Part shown: in pieces, positions 1 to 8,116 of the stretch
Layout: every line of letters begins with the position of its first letter
Position numbering within the stretch: the stretch's first letter is position 1
Assembly: GCA_016235155.1 (NCBI GenBank)
Contig: JACRLW010000103.1
Location: 8,066-72,065, forward strand
Source: Planctomycetota bacterium
GTDB taxonomy: Bacteria; Planctomycetota; UBA1135; UBA2386
Length of the DNA: 64,000 nucleotides
Direction: 5' to 3'
Notes under the pieces: model-generated
Told to the model about the DNA's origin: nothing
The model's database searches: none
What the model saw: only the letters and a program-made list of their open reading frames with translations
Made by a program: the position numbers and the translations under genes

Positions 1-1262
1 CATCGTCCGCGGATCGAACCCGTAACAACCGCTTCTGCCCGAGCCGCCGATCAGGACGAAGCGGGGACCGACGCGGGCAGCAAAGCCCGACGCTGAATAG
101 GGAGACGGTGTGAAGACGGCGAAGGGCAGCTCGCCATCCCGACGCCACGCGTTCGCGCCTCGTTCGATCCCATAGACGACGGCGTTCGCGCTCGATAGCG
201 CGGCGACCGCCCACAACGCACCGTCGAGTTCGCCGAGGAAGTACGGCTGCAACTGCGGCGCTCCGCCACCAGTGAGAGGCACGACGCGAGAACCAGCGAC
301 GGTGCCGTCGCTGACGACCGACATCGAAGAACCGTCGGCCGGGAACCAGGCCTTGCCGTCGAAGCGCTTCGGCGGCCCGAACTGCGTGCGCGTGGGCAAG
401 GACCAGAGCAGCGGAAAGGTCCCGGCGCTGGTCCCGTCGGTGCGCCAGAGAACCACCGAGCTGAACGGAACCTGGCCGGTCTGCGCCGCGAGGACGATGA
501 CGCCGTGGTCGAGCACGACCGGCGCCGAGAACGACGAACCCGCGGCGTGGAAGGCGTCGGTGCGAAAGAACGTGCCGGCCGGCGTGCCGTCCGTCCGCCA
601 CAACTCGAGCCGGTAGTTCCGCACCGCGGTGAAGAGCACCTCGTCGCCGATCACGGTCGGCCTCACGACCATGAACCCGACCGGGAAGGAGTACCGCGAC
701 GCCCCCGGCCCCGGCTCGATGTCCGCGAGGCGCATCGTGCCGGCCGCGGTGCCGTCGCTGACCCATGGTTCGGTTCCGCCGATCGGCTCGGTCACGTCGA
801 ACACGAGACGGCCGTCGAGCGCCACGCGCTCGCCGATCACGATCCCGCCGGCGCCCGGGACGATCTCGGTCACGAGTTGTGTCCCCACTTCCGTGCCGTC
901 GCTCGTCCACAGTTCGCGCCCGCGCATTTCGTCGTACGCGGTGAAGAAGAGGCGGCCGCCGACCGCCGTGAGGTCCCTGGGGATGGAGTTCATCGTGCCG
1001 GGACGGAGGTCCTTCACCATCGCGGTGGTCGCCGCGGTGCCGAGAGTCCGCCATAGTTCGATGCCGTGGACGCCGTCCTCGGCGGCGAAGAACGTGATCC
1101 CGCCCGCGGTCGTGAACTCGGTCGGGTTCGACGACGCACCGATCTGCGGAGTGTCGTTCAGGTCGGCGAGCAGACGGGCCGGCGGCGGCGAGCCCTGCGG
1201 TGCGGCGGGAGAGACGAGGAGCGCGGCGGTGAGAGCCGCGACGGCGAACGAGAGCGATGCCA
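1..1262 (-). CDS. ELWxxDGT-repeat secreted protein (N-terminus in window; C-terminus runs off the left edge)
   Basis: Absent from the ORF track because it is open to the window edge. My reverse-strand translation from ATG at 1262 gives [22 protein letters not shown] (signal peptide), then repeated units: [64 protein letters not shown]. The plus-strand ORF 629..1504 over the same DNA is S/P/R-rich nonsense. Confidence 0.8.
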
Positions 1263-1315
1263 TCTTCGGAGAGTCGCGAGGCGGACGGGCGCCGATAGCC
1301 CGGCCGCGCGGCGGG

Positions 1316-1535
1316 GTCACCCGAGACGACGGCATCCGCACCGAGCTCGACTTCCATCACCCGCTCCATGCGTCTCCGGCCAGCGGGTGGCCCGTCGTCC
1401 TCGTGCTCCACGGCGGCGAGAGTTCACGGCGTCACCCACCCACTCATCCGCTCGCGTCGCGAGCTCCTCGCGAGCGCCGGCTACGTGCGCCTCGCCTTCG
1501 GTGAGCCCCTCAGCGGGCGCCGTTTCCTGCCCTGA
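1316..1535 (+). pseudogene. possible alpha/beta-hydrolase (esterase-type) remnant with a frameshift
   Basis: One frame reads ...[14 protein letters not shown] shifted frame continues ...[28 protein letters not shown], which resembles the HGGG...LA..GY.V..v.Y core of esterase/lipase-fold proteins. It is short, broken, and has no start or complete domain. Confidence 0.25.
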
Positions 1536-1730
1536 CCGGGCGTTTCGCCCGGGTCCCGGACGGGCTGCGACGGGGCGCGCTCCACGGGCCCCAATTAATA
1601 CGTCTCCCCCGCCAGCCTCCGACTGGTCCGGCCCGGCCGGATCGGGGGGAACGCCGCGGCGGTCGAGGCCGTCGCGGTGGCGCAATGCGCCAGGTCGACG
1701 TGGACGTAGGCGTGGTGGACGAAACGTGCG

Positions 1731-2201
1731 TCAGCGAGCGCGGAGCGTGTCGAGGTTGTCGGGCGTCGTCGGCCCGCGATCGACCGCCTTGCGCATCGGC
1801 ACGCGTCCCTCGGCATCGCGCGCGAGCACCAGCCGCCGCATCTCGTGCGGGATGTCGGCGGCCCGCAGTTCATGGTCGTCGCCGAACTGCGCGCGCAGCT
1901 TGGCGCGTGCGTTCTCCCACATCTGCCGGCGCGAGGCATCGAGCTCGACACGGAGCGCAAAGCGCGCGTGCGTCATGCCGGAGCCGTCGAGCGGCGCATC
2001 ACCGCGGCGCGCCCGCCGCAGGCGTCGCTCGAGTTCGTCTTGCGTCGTCGCGAGGGCCTTCTCCTCCCGTGCCGCCTCTCTCTCCGGCGTCGCAACCTCG
2101 CAGAGCCCACGCACACGAGACCACGACTCGACGATGCGGCGCCGCCGGGATCGAAGCGTGACCAAGGCACCGTGGCTACGCTCCCGCGCTGTCCGGCTCA
2201 A
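1731..2201 (-). CDS. hypothetical protein, possibly a degenerate HNH-endonuclease-like remnant
   Basis: The 156-aa ORF has protein-like charged composition. Its C-terminal [37 protein letters not shown] weakly resembles the IP..vRr.V..RD.g.C...GG.T..NL..LC layout of HNH nucleases, but lacks the Cys/His ligands. The start is only 2 bp from the divergent ORF at 2204. Confidence 0.3.
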   Translation of the reverse strand: MSRTARERSHGALVTLRSRRRRIVESWSRVRGLCEVATPEREAAREEKALATTQDELERRLRRARRGDAPLDGSGMTHARFALRVELDASRRQMWENARAKLRAQFGDDHELRAADIPHEMRRLVLARDAEGRVPMRKAVDRGPTTPDNLDTLRAR

Positions 2202-2203
2202 CC

Positions 2204-2533
2204 ATGCGTTTCACGCGACTCCGGCTGAAGAACTGGCGCAACTTCCGGAGCGTCGATGTCGTCCTCGGCGAGCGCGTGTTCACCGGCAAGACCGGAGACC
2301 GGACGCCGCCTTTCTCGCGGCGGACGTCGTACGCGGACAACCCGGCCTTCAACGATTCGGTGGACGAGACCCACGGCATGATCCGCATCTTCGAGGTCGA
2401 GTTTCGGCCCAGCGCGGTTCTGTTCCAGATGGAGCCGGTGAGCTACCGCGTCTGTCTGGCCGAGTTCGATGGCGAGGCCGACGGCGCCGAAGCCATGGCC
2501 ACAGGCGATGGGCCGACGGAGGTTGCGTCATGA
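2204..2533 (+). pseudogene. N-terminal fragment of an ABC/SMC-like AAA ATPase (P-loop lost)
   Basis: [26 protein letters not shown] is the typical N-terminus of RecF/SMC-like 'AAA family ATPase' defence-type proteins. The expected G-x-x-G-x-GKS Walker A that should follow is missing in every frame. Similarity seems to continue in another frame ([23 protein letters not shown]). Confidence 0.55.
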
Positions 2534-2600
2534 GAGAGCGAGGCGGCACTGAGTCTGTCGTCGAACAGGCCGCCCTCGCCTGGCTCGAAAGCGCCGGCTG
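2527..2600 (+). repeat. direct repeat copy 1 (gtcATGAg junction plus hsdR 5' end)
   Basis: My hand alignment with 3818..3891 gives 64 of 74 identical positions. Both copies begin with the stop/start overlap gtcATGAg of the preceding ORF. Confidence 0.8.
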
Positions 2601-2799
2601 TTCGGGCCGCTACGGCGTCGATGACTACGGTGAAGTGGCGCTCGCGCAGCGACTGCGCGATTCGCTCGCCCGGCTCGACCCCGCGCTGCCGGCCGAGGCG
2701 CTGGACGACGCCTTCCACAAACTGACGCGGCTGGAAGGCGCGGAACGGATCCGGCGAAACCGCGCCTTCGTGCCAGAAGCGCAGGAGGATTGGAAGTGA
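2530..2799 (+). pseudogene. type I restriction enzyme HsdR N-terminal fragment (about 89 codons)
   Basis: [24 protein letters not shown]...[26 protein letters not shown] matches the characteristic HsdR N-terminus (sE..vEqaal.wl..lGw ... L.rLNp.lp.eal.ea..kl). The ORF stops after ~89 aa, with no helicase motifs. Confidence 0.6.
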
Positions 2800-3824
2800 C
2801 CCACGACGCCGAGCCGGACATCCCCCGCGGCGAAGTCATCGTCTACGAGGCTCCCGACGGCGAGGTGCGGATCGACGTGCGGCTGGAGCGGGAGACGGTC
2901 TGGCTCTCGCAGAAGCAGATGGCCGAGCGGCTCGGAACTTCCGTCGACAACGTCGGCCTGCACCTCAAGAACATCTATGTCGAGGGTGAGCTGGACGAGG
3001 CGGCAACTACCGAGGATTCCTCGGTGGTTCGAACCGAGGGCCGGAGGCAGGTGAAGCGTCAGCTCCGGCTCTACAACCTCGACGCGATCCTCTCGGTCGG
3101 CTACCGCGTCAGCTCCAAGCGCGGCACCCAATTCCGCATCTGGGCCACGCGCACCCTCCGCGAGCACCTGCTGCGCGGCTACACGCTGAACGAGCGCCGC
3201 CTGCGCGAACGGGGCCTGAGCGAGATCGAGCAGGCCGTCGGGCTCCTGGCCCGGACGCTGACGAGCCATGCGCTGGTCACGGATGAGGGTCGCGCCGTGC
3301 TGGACGTCGTTCAGCGCTACACCCGTTCCTGGCGGCTCTTGCTGGAGTACGACGAGGAGCGGTTGGCGGAGGTGCCGGGGCGTCCGGTGGCGCCGACCGC
3401 GGCGCTCTCGCTCGACGACGCCCGCACTGCGCTCGCGAGCCTGCGCGACGACCTGCTCGGACGCGGCCAGGCAGGTGTGCTGTTTGGCCAGGAGCGCGGC
3501 GAGGGACTGGCGGGGATCCTCGGCGCCATCGAGCAGACCTTCGACGGCCAACCGCTCTACCCGAACGCGCAGCTCCGTTCCGCCCACATCCTCTACTTCG
3601 TCATCAAGGACCATCCCTTCGGCGACGGCAACAAACGCATCGGGGCGCTGCTGTTCCTGGAGTACCTGCGGCGCAATGGCTTGTTGCTGCGCACCGACGG
3701 CAGCCCCCGACTCGCGGACAACGCGATGGTGGCGCTCGCGCTGCTCATCGCCGAGAGCGATCCGGCGCAGAAGGACCTGATGATCCGGCTCGTGCTGAAC
3801 CTCCTCGAAGTCGATCCGTCATGA
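2790..3824 (+). CDS. RhuM-family N-terminal domain fused to a Fic/Doc domain protein
   Basis: The N-terminal part ([47 protein letters not shown]...[27 protein letters not shown]) is RhuM-like. The C-terminal part carries the Fic/Doc motif [14 protein letters not shown]. The ORF is intact at 344 aa. Its start is TTG at 2790 or GTG at 2796 and overlaps the hsdR-fragment stop. Confidence 0.85.
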   Translation: MEVTHDAEPDIPRGEVIVYEAPDGEVRIDVRLERETVWLSQKQMAERLGTSVDNVGLHLKNIYVEGELDEAATTEDSSVVRTEGRRQVKRQLRLYNLDAILSVGYRVSSKRGTQFRIWATRTLREHLLRGYTLNERRLRERGLSEIEQAVGLLARTLTSHALVTDEGRAVLDVVQRYTRSWRLLLEYDEERLAEVPGRPVAPTAALSLDDARTALASLRDDLLGRGQAGVLFGQERGEGLAGILGAIEQTFDGQPLYPNAQLRSAHILYFVIKDHPFGDGNKRIGALLFLEYLRRNGLLLRTDGSPRLADNAMVALALLIAESDPAQKDLMIRLVLNLLEVDPS

Positions 3825-3891
3825 GCGAGCGCAGCGCCACCGAATCCGTCGTCGAACAAGCCGCCCTCGCCTGACTCGAAAGCACCGGCTG
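3818..3891 (+). repeat. direct repeat copy 2 (gtcATGAg junction plus hsdR 5' end)
   Basis: See 2527..2600. This copy has TGA (3872..3874) where copy 1 has TGG (Trp). Confidence 0.8.
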
Positions 3892-4000
3892 GTCGATCAG
3901 GAATGGCGCGTCGATCCGGAGCGCCTGGCAGCAGTTGCAGACCTACAAGGCGGAGATCGCGTCGCGGTTCGCCACCGACGCCCTGCTCGCGCACTCCGAA
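3821..4000 (+). pseudogene. second HsdR fragment (premature stop and internal deletion)
   Basis: [17 protein letters not shown]-stop-LESTGWSI, followed directly by ...AWQQLQTYKAEIASRFATDALL. That second piece resembles the HsdR 'Q..Yk.eIp.LF' segment, which normally lies ~100 aa further in. No helicase or nuclease domains follow. Confidence 0.5.
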
Positions 4001-4002
4001 GC

Positions 4003-4547
4003 TGACTCTCACCTCCCGCCTGAAGAAGATCCGCGACGCGCTGCGGGTCGCCGTGCCGCAACTGAAGGAGCTCGACCTGGAACGCGACGAGGCCACGGGG
4101 ACGCCGCACCTGAAGGGCCTCTACGAGCACTGGCGCCCCGGCGCCGGCTGGCAGTCCGAAGAGCAGTTCTCGGACGGCACGCTGCGCTTGCTCGCCTTGC
4201 TCTGGAGCCTCCTCGAAGCGAAGTCCCCGCTGCTCCTCGAAGAGCCTGAACTCTCGCTGCACCCGGCGGTCGTGCGTCACATCCCGCAGATGCTGCACCG
4301 GCTCGAGCGGGCACGCGGCCGGCAAGTAATCCTGAGTTCGCACTCCTCCGATCTCCTGCTCGACGAAGGCATCGGCGCGGAAGAGGTCCTGCTCCTCGAA
4401 CCGACGAAGGATGGAACGAGCGTGCACGTCGCCGCGAGCATCGGCGAGGTCGTCGACATGCTGAGGTCCGGCATCCCGCTCGCCGAGGTGGTCGCAGAGC
4501 GATCGGCGCCTCGTGATGCCTCCCAGCTCTTGTTGTTCGACCTGTGA
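4003..4547 (+). pseudogene. C-terminal part of the same ABC/SMC-like AAA ATPase
   Basis: SDGTLRLLALLWSLL is ABC-signature-like, SPLLLEEPELSLHP is Walker B/D-loop, and RQVILSSHSSDLL is the H-loop. The piece has no N-terminal half of its own. The ORF-track start at 3903 lies in hsdR-derived sequence. Confidence 0.6.
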
Positions 4548-4941
4548 GCCGCACGGTCTCGATGCACGTCGCGGTGGAGGGTGAATGCGACCGGGCCATC
4601 GGCCTCGCGAGCTACAACCTCGCGCGCGCCACGCTCCATGGCTCGCGCTCCGCGACCTCGATCGCGATGAGTGCGCATCGCGGTTGATCGCGAGAATCCT
4701 CCGGTAGACGTCGATGTCGATGTCGCTCCACATCGCCCTGCGTGAGGCGGACGAATGGATCCTGACGGATCGCAACGTGGCACGGCACTCACGCCGTCGT
4801 GTGACCACGAAGGACCTCGTACCGACGCCGAGGGATACCGAGAGTGTCGGACGCGGCTGCGTGGGGAGCCTGGTCGGATTGGGCTTGCGCATCTGGCGGC
4901 GGGAGGACGCGGCCTTGACGAGCGACAGCCTCGCGCACTGA
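4544..4941 (+). pseudogene. broken remnants of the ATPase partner gene (possibly DUF4276-like)
   Basis: GTG overlaps the ATPase stop (GTGA at 4544-4547). It reads VSRTVSMHVAVEGECDRAIG... and stops after ~47 codons. A later fragment reads ...HIALREADEWILTDRNV. The family assignment is only a weak recollection-based guess. Confidence 0.2.
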
Positions 4942-4975
4942 GAGCACGCGGTCGAGCGCGACTCCGGCACTCCGC

Positions 4976-7408
4976 TCAGACCCCGATCCGCAACCGCAGC
5001 CCCCGCGAGAACGCCAATCCCTGGCTCGCGCCAACGTCGACGACGACTTCCTGCACGAAGAGCTGGGCGCCGCTCAGCGCGTTGTCGTCGGGGATGGCGA
5101 GCGGGAGCGTCGAGCCGCCGGGCGCGACGAGGAGCGAGGGCGCGAAGATGATCAGGTCGACGAGCAGCGTGCCGTCGAAGGGGGTCGGCAGGTTCGCGGG
5201 GAGGAGGCCGATGAGCAGCGCGGCGAGGGTGGTCTGGCCCAGCGAGTTGCCGAGTTCGAGGTTCGGCGTGCTGCCGAGCATCGGGTCGATCGACGCGCCG
5301 AGCGCGGGAACGCCGAGCGTGCCGGGGTGGCCCGCGCCGTAGAGCTCCTGCTCCGCGACGGGGATCTCGAGGCGTGCGACCCAGACCGCGCTCGTGCCAC
5401 CACCTGGGGTCTGGAACGCGCCGGGAGTCACGGGGATGTCAGTGCCGCCGCCGGCGCCGCTGAAGAACACCGCGTCGTGCGGCCCCAGCGCGACGCGGTC
5501 GGCGTTGAGTCCGCGGATCGTGGTGCCGAGCGCCGACGCAAAGCGCAGCGTCGAACCGGATGCGTCGAGCATCGCGAGGAGGGCGAGGTCGAACTGCGTC
5601 GACACCACTGCTTGCTGGACGGGATGCACGTACGGAAACACGGTCGAGCGCGTGGCGCCGGCGAGCCAGCAATGGCCGTTCTCGTCGACCGCAACGTCGT
5701 AGAGGTTGTCGGTTGCGGTGCCGCCGAGGTAGGTGAGGAACACGAGCGACGCCGCGCCGCCAAGCGATGGATCGAGCTTCGCGACGAAGCCGTCGCGCAG
5801 GCCGCCGAAGGTCGGCTTGAACGCGCCGGGCGTCGTCGGGAGATCGTTCGAACGCGTGTTGCTCGCGATCACGACGCAGCCGAGCGGGTCGACGTCGATG
5901 CCGAGCGGCTCGAAGCCGACCTCGCCGTCGTCGTTCGAACCACCGACGTACGTCGAGTAGACGAGGTTGGAGAGGGTGGAGTCGAAGACCGCGACCCAGG
6001 TCTCCATGTCCCCTGACGGATGCGAGGTGCGGAAACCGCCCTGGATCGGCACGGTGAATCGCGTGCGGCCTGCCACCGCGATCTTGCCATCCACGGCCAC
6101 GGCGACGTCGAGCGCTTCGCTGGTGCTCGTGAGGCCGAAGTAGGTCGCGCCGAGGAACGCACCGTTGACGTCGAAGCGGGCGACGTAGGCGGAAACCGAG
6201 CCGTTGCGTTGCGTCTGGAAGCCGCCATTGCCCAGCGGCAGACCCTGCGTGTTGGTCGAACCGCAGATCACCACGTTGCCCTGGGCATCGGTGGCCACGC
6301 CGCGCGCCGGAGAGTTGGTCGCCGTCGTCAACGTGTAGTAGGTCGACCACACCAGCGTCCCCGTCGGCGAGAGCACCGTGACGCCCGCGACGCCGCTGAA
6401 CGCGACGAGCGGCCCGGGGAACGCGGCGTTGAGCAACGGGTAGTCGGGCGAGCCGGTCGAGCACGCGACGACGGCATTGCCGTTCGGCAGGACCGCGACT
6501 CCCCCCGGCACGTCGGCGGCGCTCCCGCCGAGGTAGGTCGAGTAGACGAGGCTCGAGCCATCCGCGCTGAGCTTCGCGACGAAGACGTCGGTGGGACTCT
6601 GGCGAGTCCCGATCAGCGGGTTCTGCACCGGGAAGTCCGTCGAACTGGTCTGTCCGACGATCACCGCGGAACCCTGCGCATCGACCGCGACGCTGACCTG
6701 CTGCTCGGTGTCATTGCCGTCGAAGCGCGCGACGTATGCGATCACGGGATCGATCACGAGTTCCCTCGTGCGGTCCCAGGCGCCGAGTTCGATCGCGAAC
6801 GTCGCATCGCCGCGCGGCACGTACCGCGCGGCCACCTCGCGACGACCTTCCGGCGTGGTCTGGAACGCGATCGGCGCATGGTGGCGACACTCGCCGAGCG
6901 CCGTCGTGACCACGAGATCGCCGCTGTCGTCGAGGACGACGCGTTCGGCGCCGTCGATCCGCACCGCGAACACGGACGGATCGCCGCCCGGCGCGACGCA
7001 GAGGTCGTACTCCAGAGCACCGCCATCGGCGCGCCACACGACGTCGATCCCGGGCCACACGGAAGCACAACGCACGCGCTCGAAGGTCGGCACCCCGATG
7101 CGCCAGGTCTCCGGGTCCGCGCCGCGGATGTGATTCACGAGCTGCGGCGTCTTGGCCTCGCCCTCGGCGGGTCCCTCCGCACCTGCCCCGACGAAGCGCA
7201 CGCCGAAACCGCCGGCCGCATCGCCGCGCCGCATACGGAGCCACGCGCCGTCGCGATCGACCGCTGCCTCGCACTCGAGACCACGTGCGATCCAACGGGG
7301 CGCGACTCCGGCCGTCGGCTCGAACACTCGCGGACGTGCGAGCAGTTCCTGAGGTGCGGGGACGAGGGTGACGGCAAGGACGGCCGAGGCGAGCAGGGTC
7401 GAGGACAT
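4976..7408 (-). CDS. secreted SBBP (beta-propeller) repeat protein with shared C-terminal domain
   Basis: The signal peptide is MSSTLLASAVLAVTLVPAPQ. SBBP-type units recur: VSVAVDAQGSAVIVGQTSSTDFPVQNP, DVFVAKLSADGSSLVYSTYLGG, DGFVAKLDPS..LVFLTYLGG. The 5' third of track ORF 4976..7924 is R/G-rich and overlaps the divergent sigma gene, so I moved the start to ATG 7408. Confidence 0.85.
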   Translation of the reverse strand: MSSTLLASAVLAVTLVPAPQELLARPRVFEPTAGVAPRWIARGLECEAAVDRDGAWLRMRRGDAAGGFGVRFVGAGAEGPAEGEAKTPQLVNHIRGADPETWRIGVPTFERVRCASVWPGIDVVWRADGGALEYDLCVAPGGDPSVFAVRIDGAERVVLDDSGDLVVTTALGECRHHAPIAFQTTPEGRREVAARYVPRGDATFAIELGAWDRTRELVIDPVIAYVARFDGNDTEQQVSVAVDAQGSAVIVGQTSSTDFPVQNPLIGTRQSPTDVFVAKLSADGSSLVYSTYLGGSAADVPGGVAVLPNGNAVVACSTGSPDYPLLNAAFPGPLVAFSGVAGVTVLSPTGTLVWSTYYTLTTATNSPARGVATDAQGNVVICGSTNTQGLPLGNGGFQTQRNGSVSAYVARFDVNGAFLGATYFGLTSTSEALDVAVAVDGKIAVAGRTRFTVPIQGGFRTSHPSGDMETWVAVFDSTLSNLVYSTYVGGSNDDGEVGFEPLGIDVDPLGCVVIASNTRSNDLPTTPGAFKPTFGGLRDGFVAKLDPSLGGAASLVFLTYLGGTATDNLYDVAVDENGHCWLAGATRSTVFPYVHPVQQAVVSTQFDLALLAMLDASGSTLRFASALGTTIRGLNADRVALGPHDAVFFSGAGGGTDIPVTPGAFQTPGGGTSAVWVARLEIPVAEQELYGAGHPGTLGVPALGASIDPMLGSTPNLELGNSLGQTTLAALLIGLLPANLPTPFDGTLLVDLIIFAPSLLVAPGGSTLPLAIPDDNALSGAQLFVQEVVVDVGASQGLAFSRGLRLRIGV

Positions 7409-7525
7409 GGCGGGCTCCGTGTTGGGTTCCGCTCCCGGTTCGTACGTGCGGGGTCCGATCTGCCGCGACGGCGCGGAATCCGTCCCCCATCGACCCGGGC
7501 TATGCTCCCGCGGCCTTTGCCGGCC

Positions 7526-8116
7526 ATGCGTACGACCGTCACGAGCGACGACCTGCTCGCGGGACTCAAGGACCCCGGCAATGCGACGGTCTGGAACGAC
7601 TACGTCGGGCGCTATCGCCCCGTGCTGCTCGAGTTCGGCCGGCGTCTCGGACTCCGCGACGCCGACGCCGAGGACGCCGCGCAGCAGGCGCTGCTCACCT
7701 TCGCGCAGTCGTTCTGCGCCGGACGTTACGACAAGGACCGCGGCCGCCTGCGGCACTGGCTGTACGGCATCGCCGCGAACGCGATGAAGGAGCAGCGACG
7801 GAAACTCGCGCGCGAGCGGCGTCCCGGTGCGGGCGACGCGAGCTTCGACGCCGACGTGCTCCCCGCCGCCGACGCCTTGGAGGCGCTGTGGGACGAGGAG
7901 TGGCGCGCCGCGTTCCTCGCGCACTGCCTCGCGCTCGTGCGCGACGAGGTCGAAGCCAAGACCTACGCCGCGTTCGACCGCTTCGCGTGCCAGGATCGTC
8001 CGGCTGCCGAGGTCGCGGCCGAACTCGGCATGACCGAGAACGCGGTCTACGGCTGCAAGCGGCGCGTGCTCGAGCGACTGCGCGAGCTCGCAAGCACGCT
8101 GGAGGAGTCGTGGTGA
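7526..8116 (+). CDS. ECF-type RNA polymerase sigma factor
   Basis: Only the last 196 codons of track ORF 6020..8116 are protein-like. Region 2 reads DAEDAAQQALLTF...RHWLYGIAANAMKEQRR. Region 4 HTH reads AAEVAAELGMTENAVYGCKRRVLERL. Confidence 0.85.
   Translation: MRTTVTSDDLLAGLKDPGNATVWNDYVGRYRPVLLEFGRRLGLRDADAEDAAQQALLTFAQSFCAGRYDKDRGRLRHWLYGIAANAMKEQRRKLARERRPGAGDASFDADVLPAADALEALWDEEWRAAFLAHCLALVRDEVEAKTYAAFDRFACQDRPAAEVAAELGMTENAVYGCKRRVLERLRELASTLEESW

Noticed and set aside
629-2799. Plus-strand ORFs 629..1504 and 1066..2799
   Set aside because: They are S/P/R/A-rich low-complexity translations. The minus strand of 1..1262 gives a clean ELWxxDGT repeat protein. Only the last ~89 codons of 1066..2799 (the hsdR fragment) look real.
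3872-3874. In-frame TGA in the second hsdR-like fragment as a possible selenocysteine codon
   Set aside because: The paralogous copy has TGG (Trp) at this position, HsdR has no redox Cys there, no hairpin follows, and the downstream sequence is deleted or rearranged. This is a simple nonsense mutation in a pseudogene.
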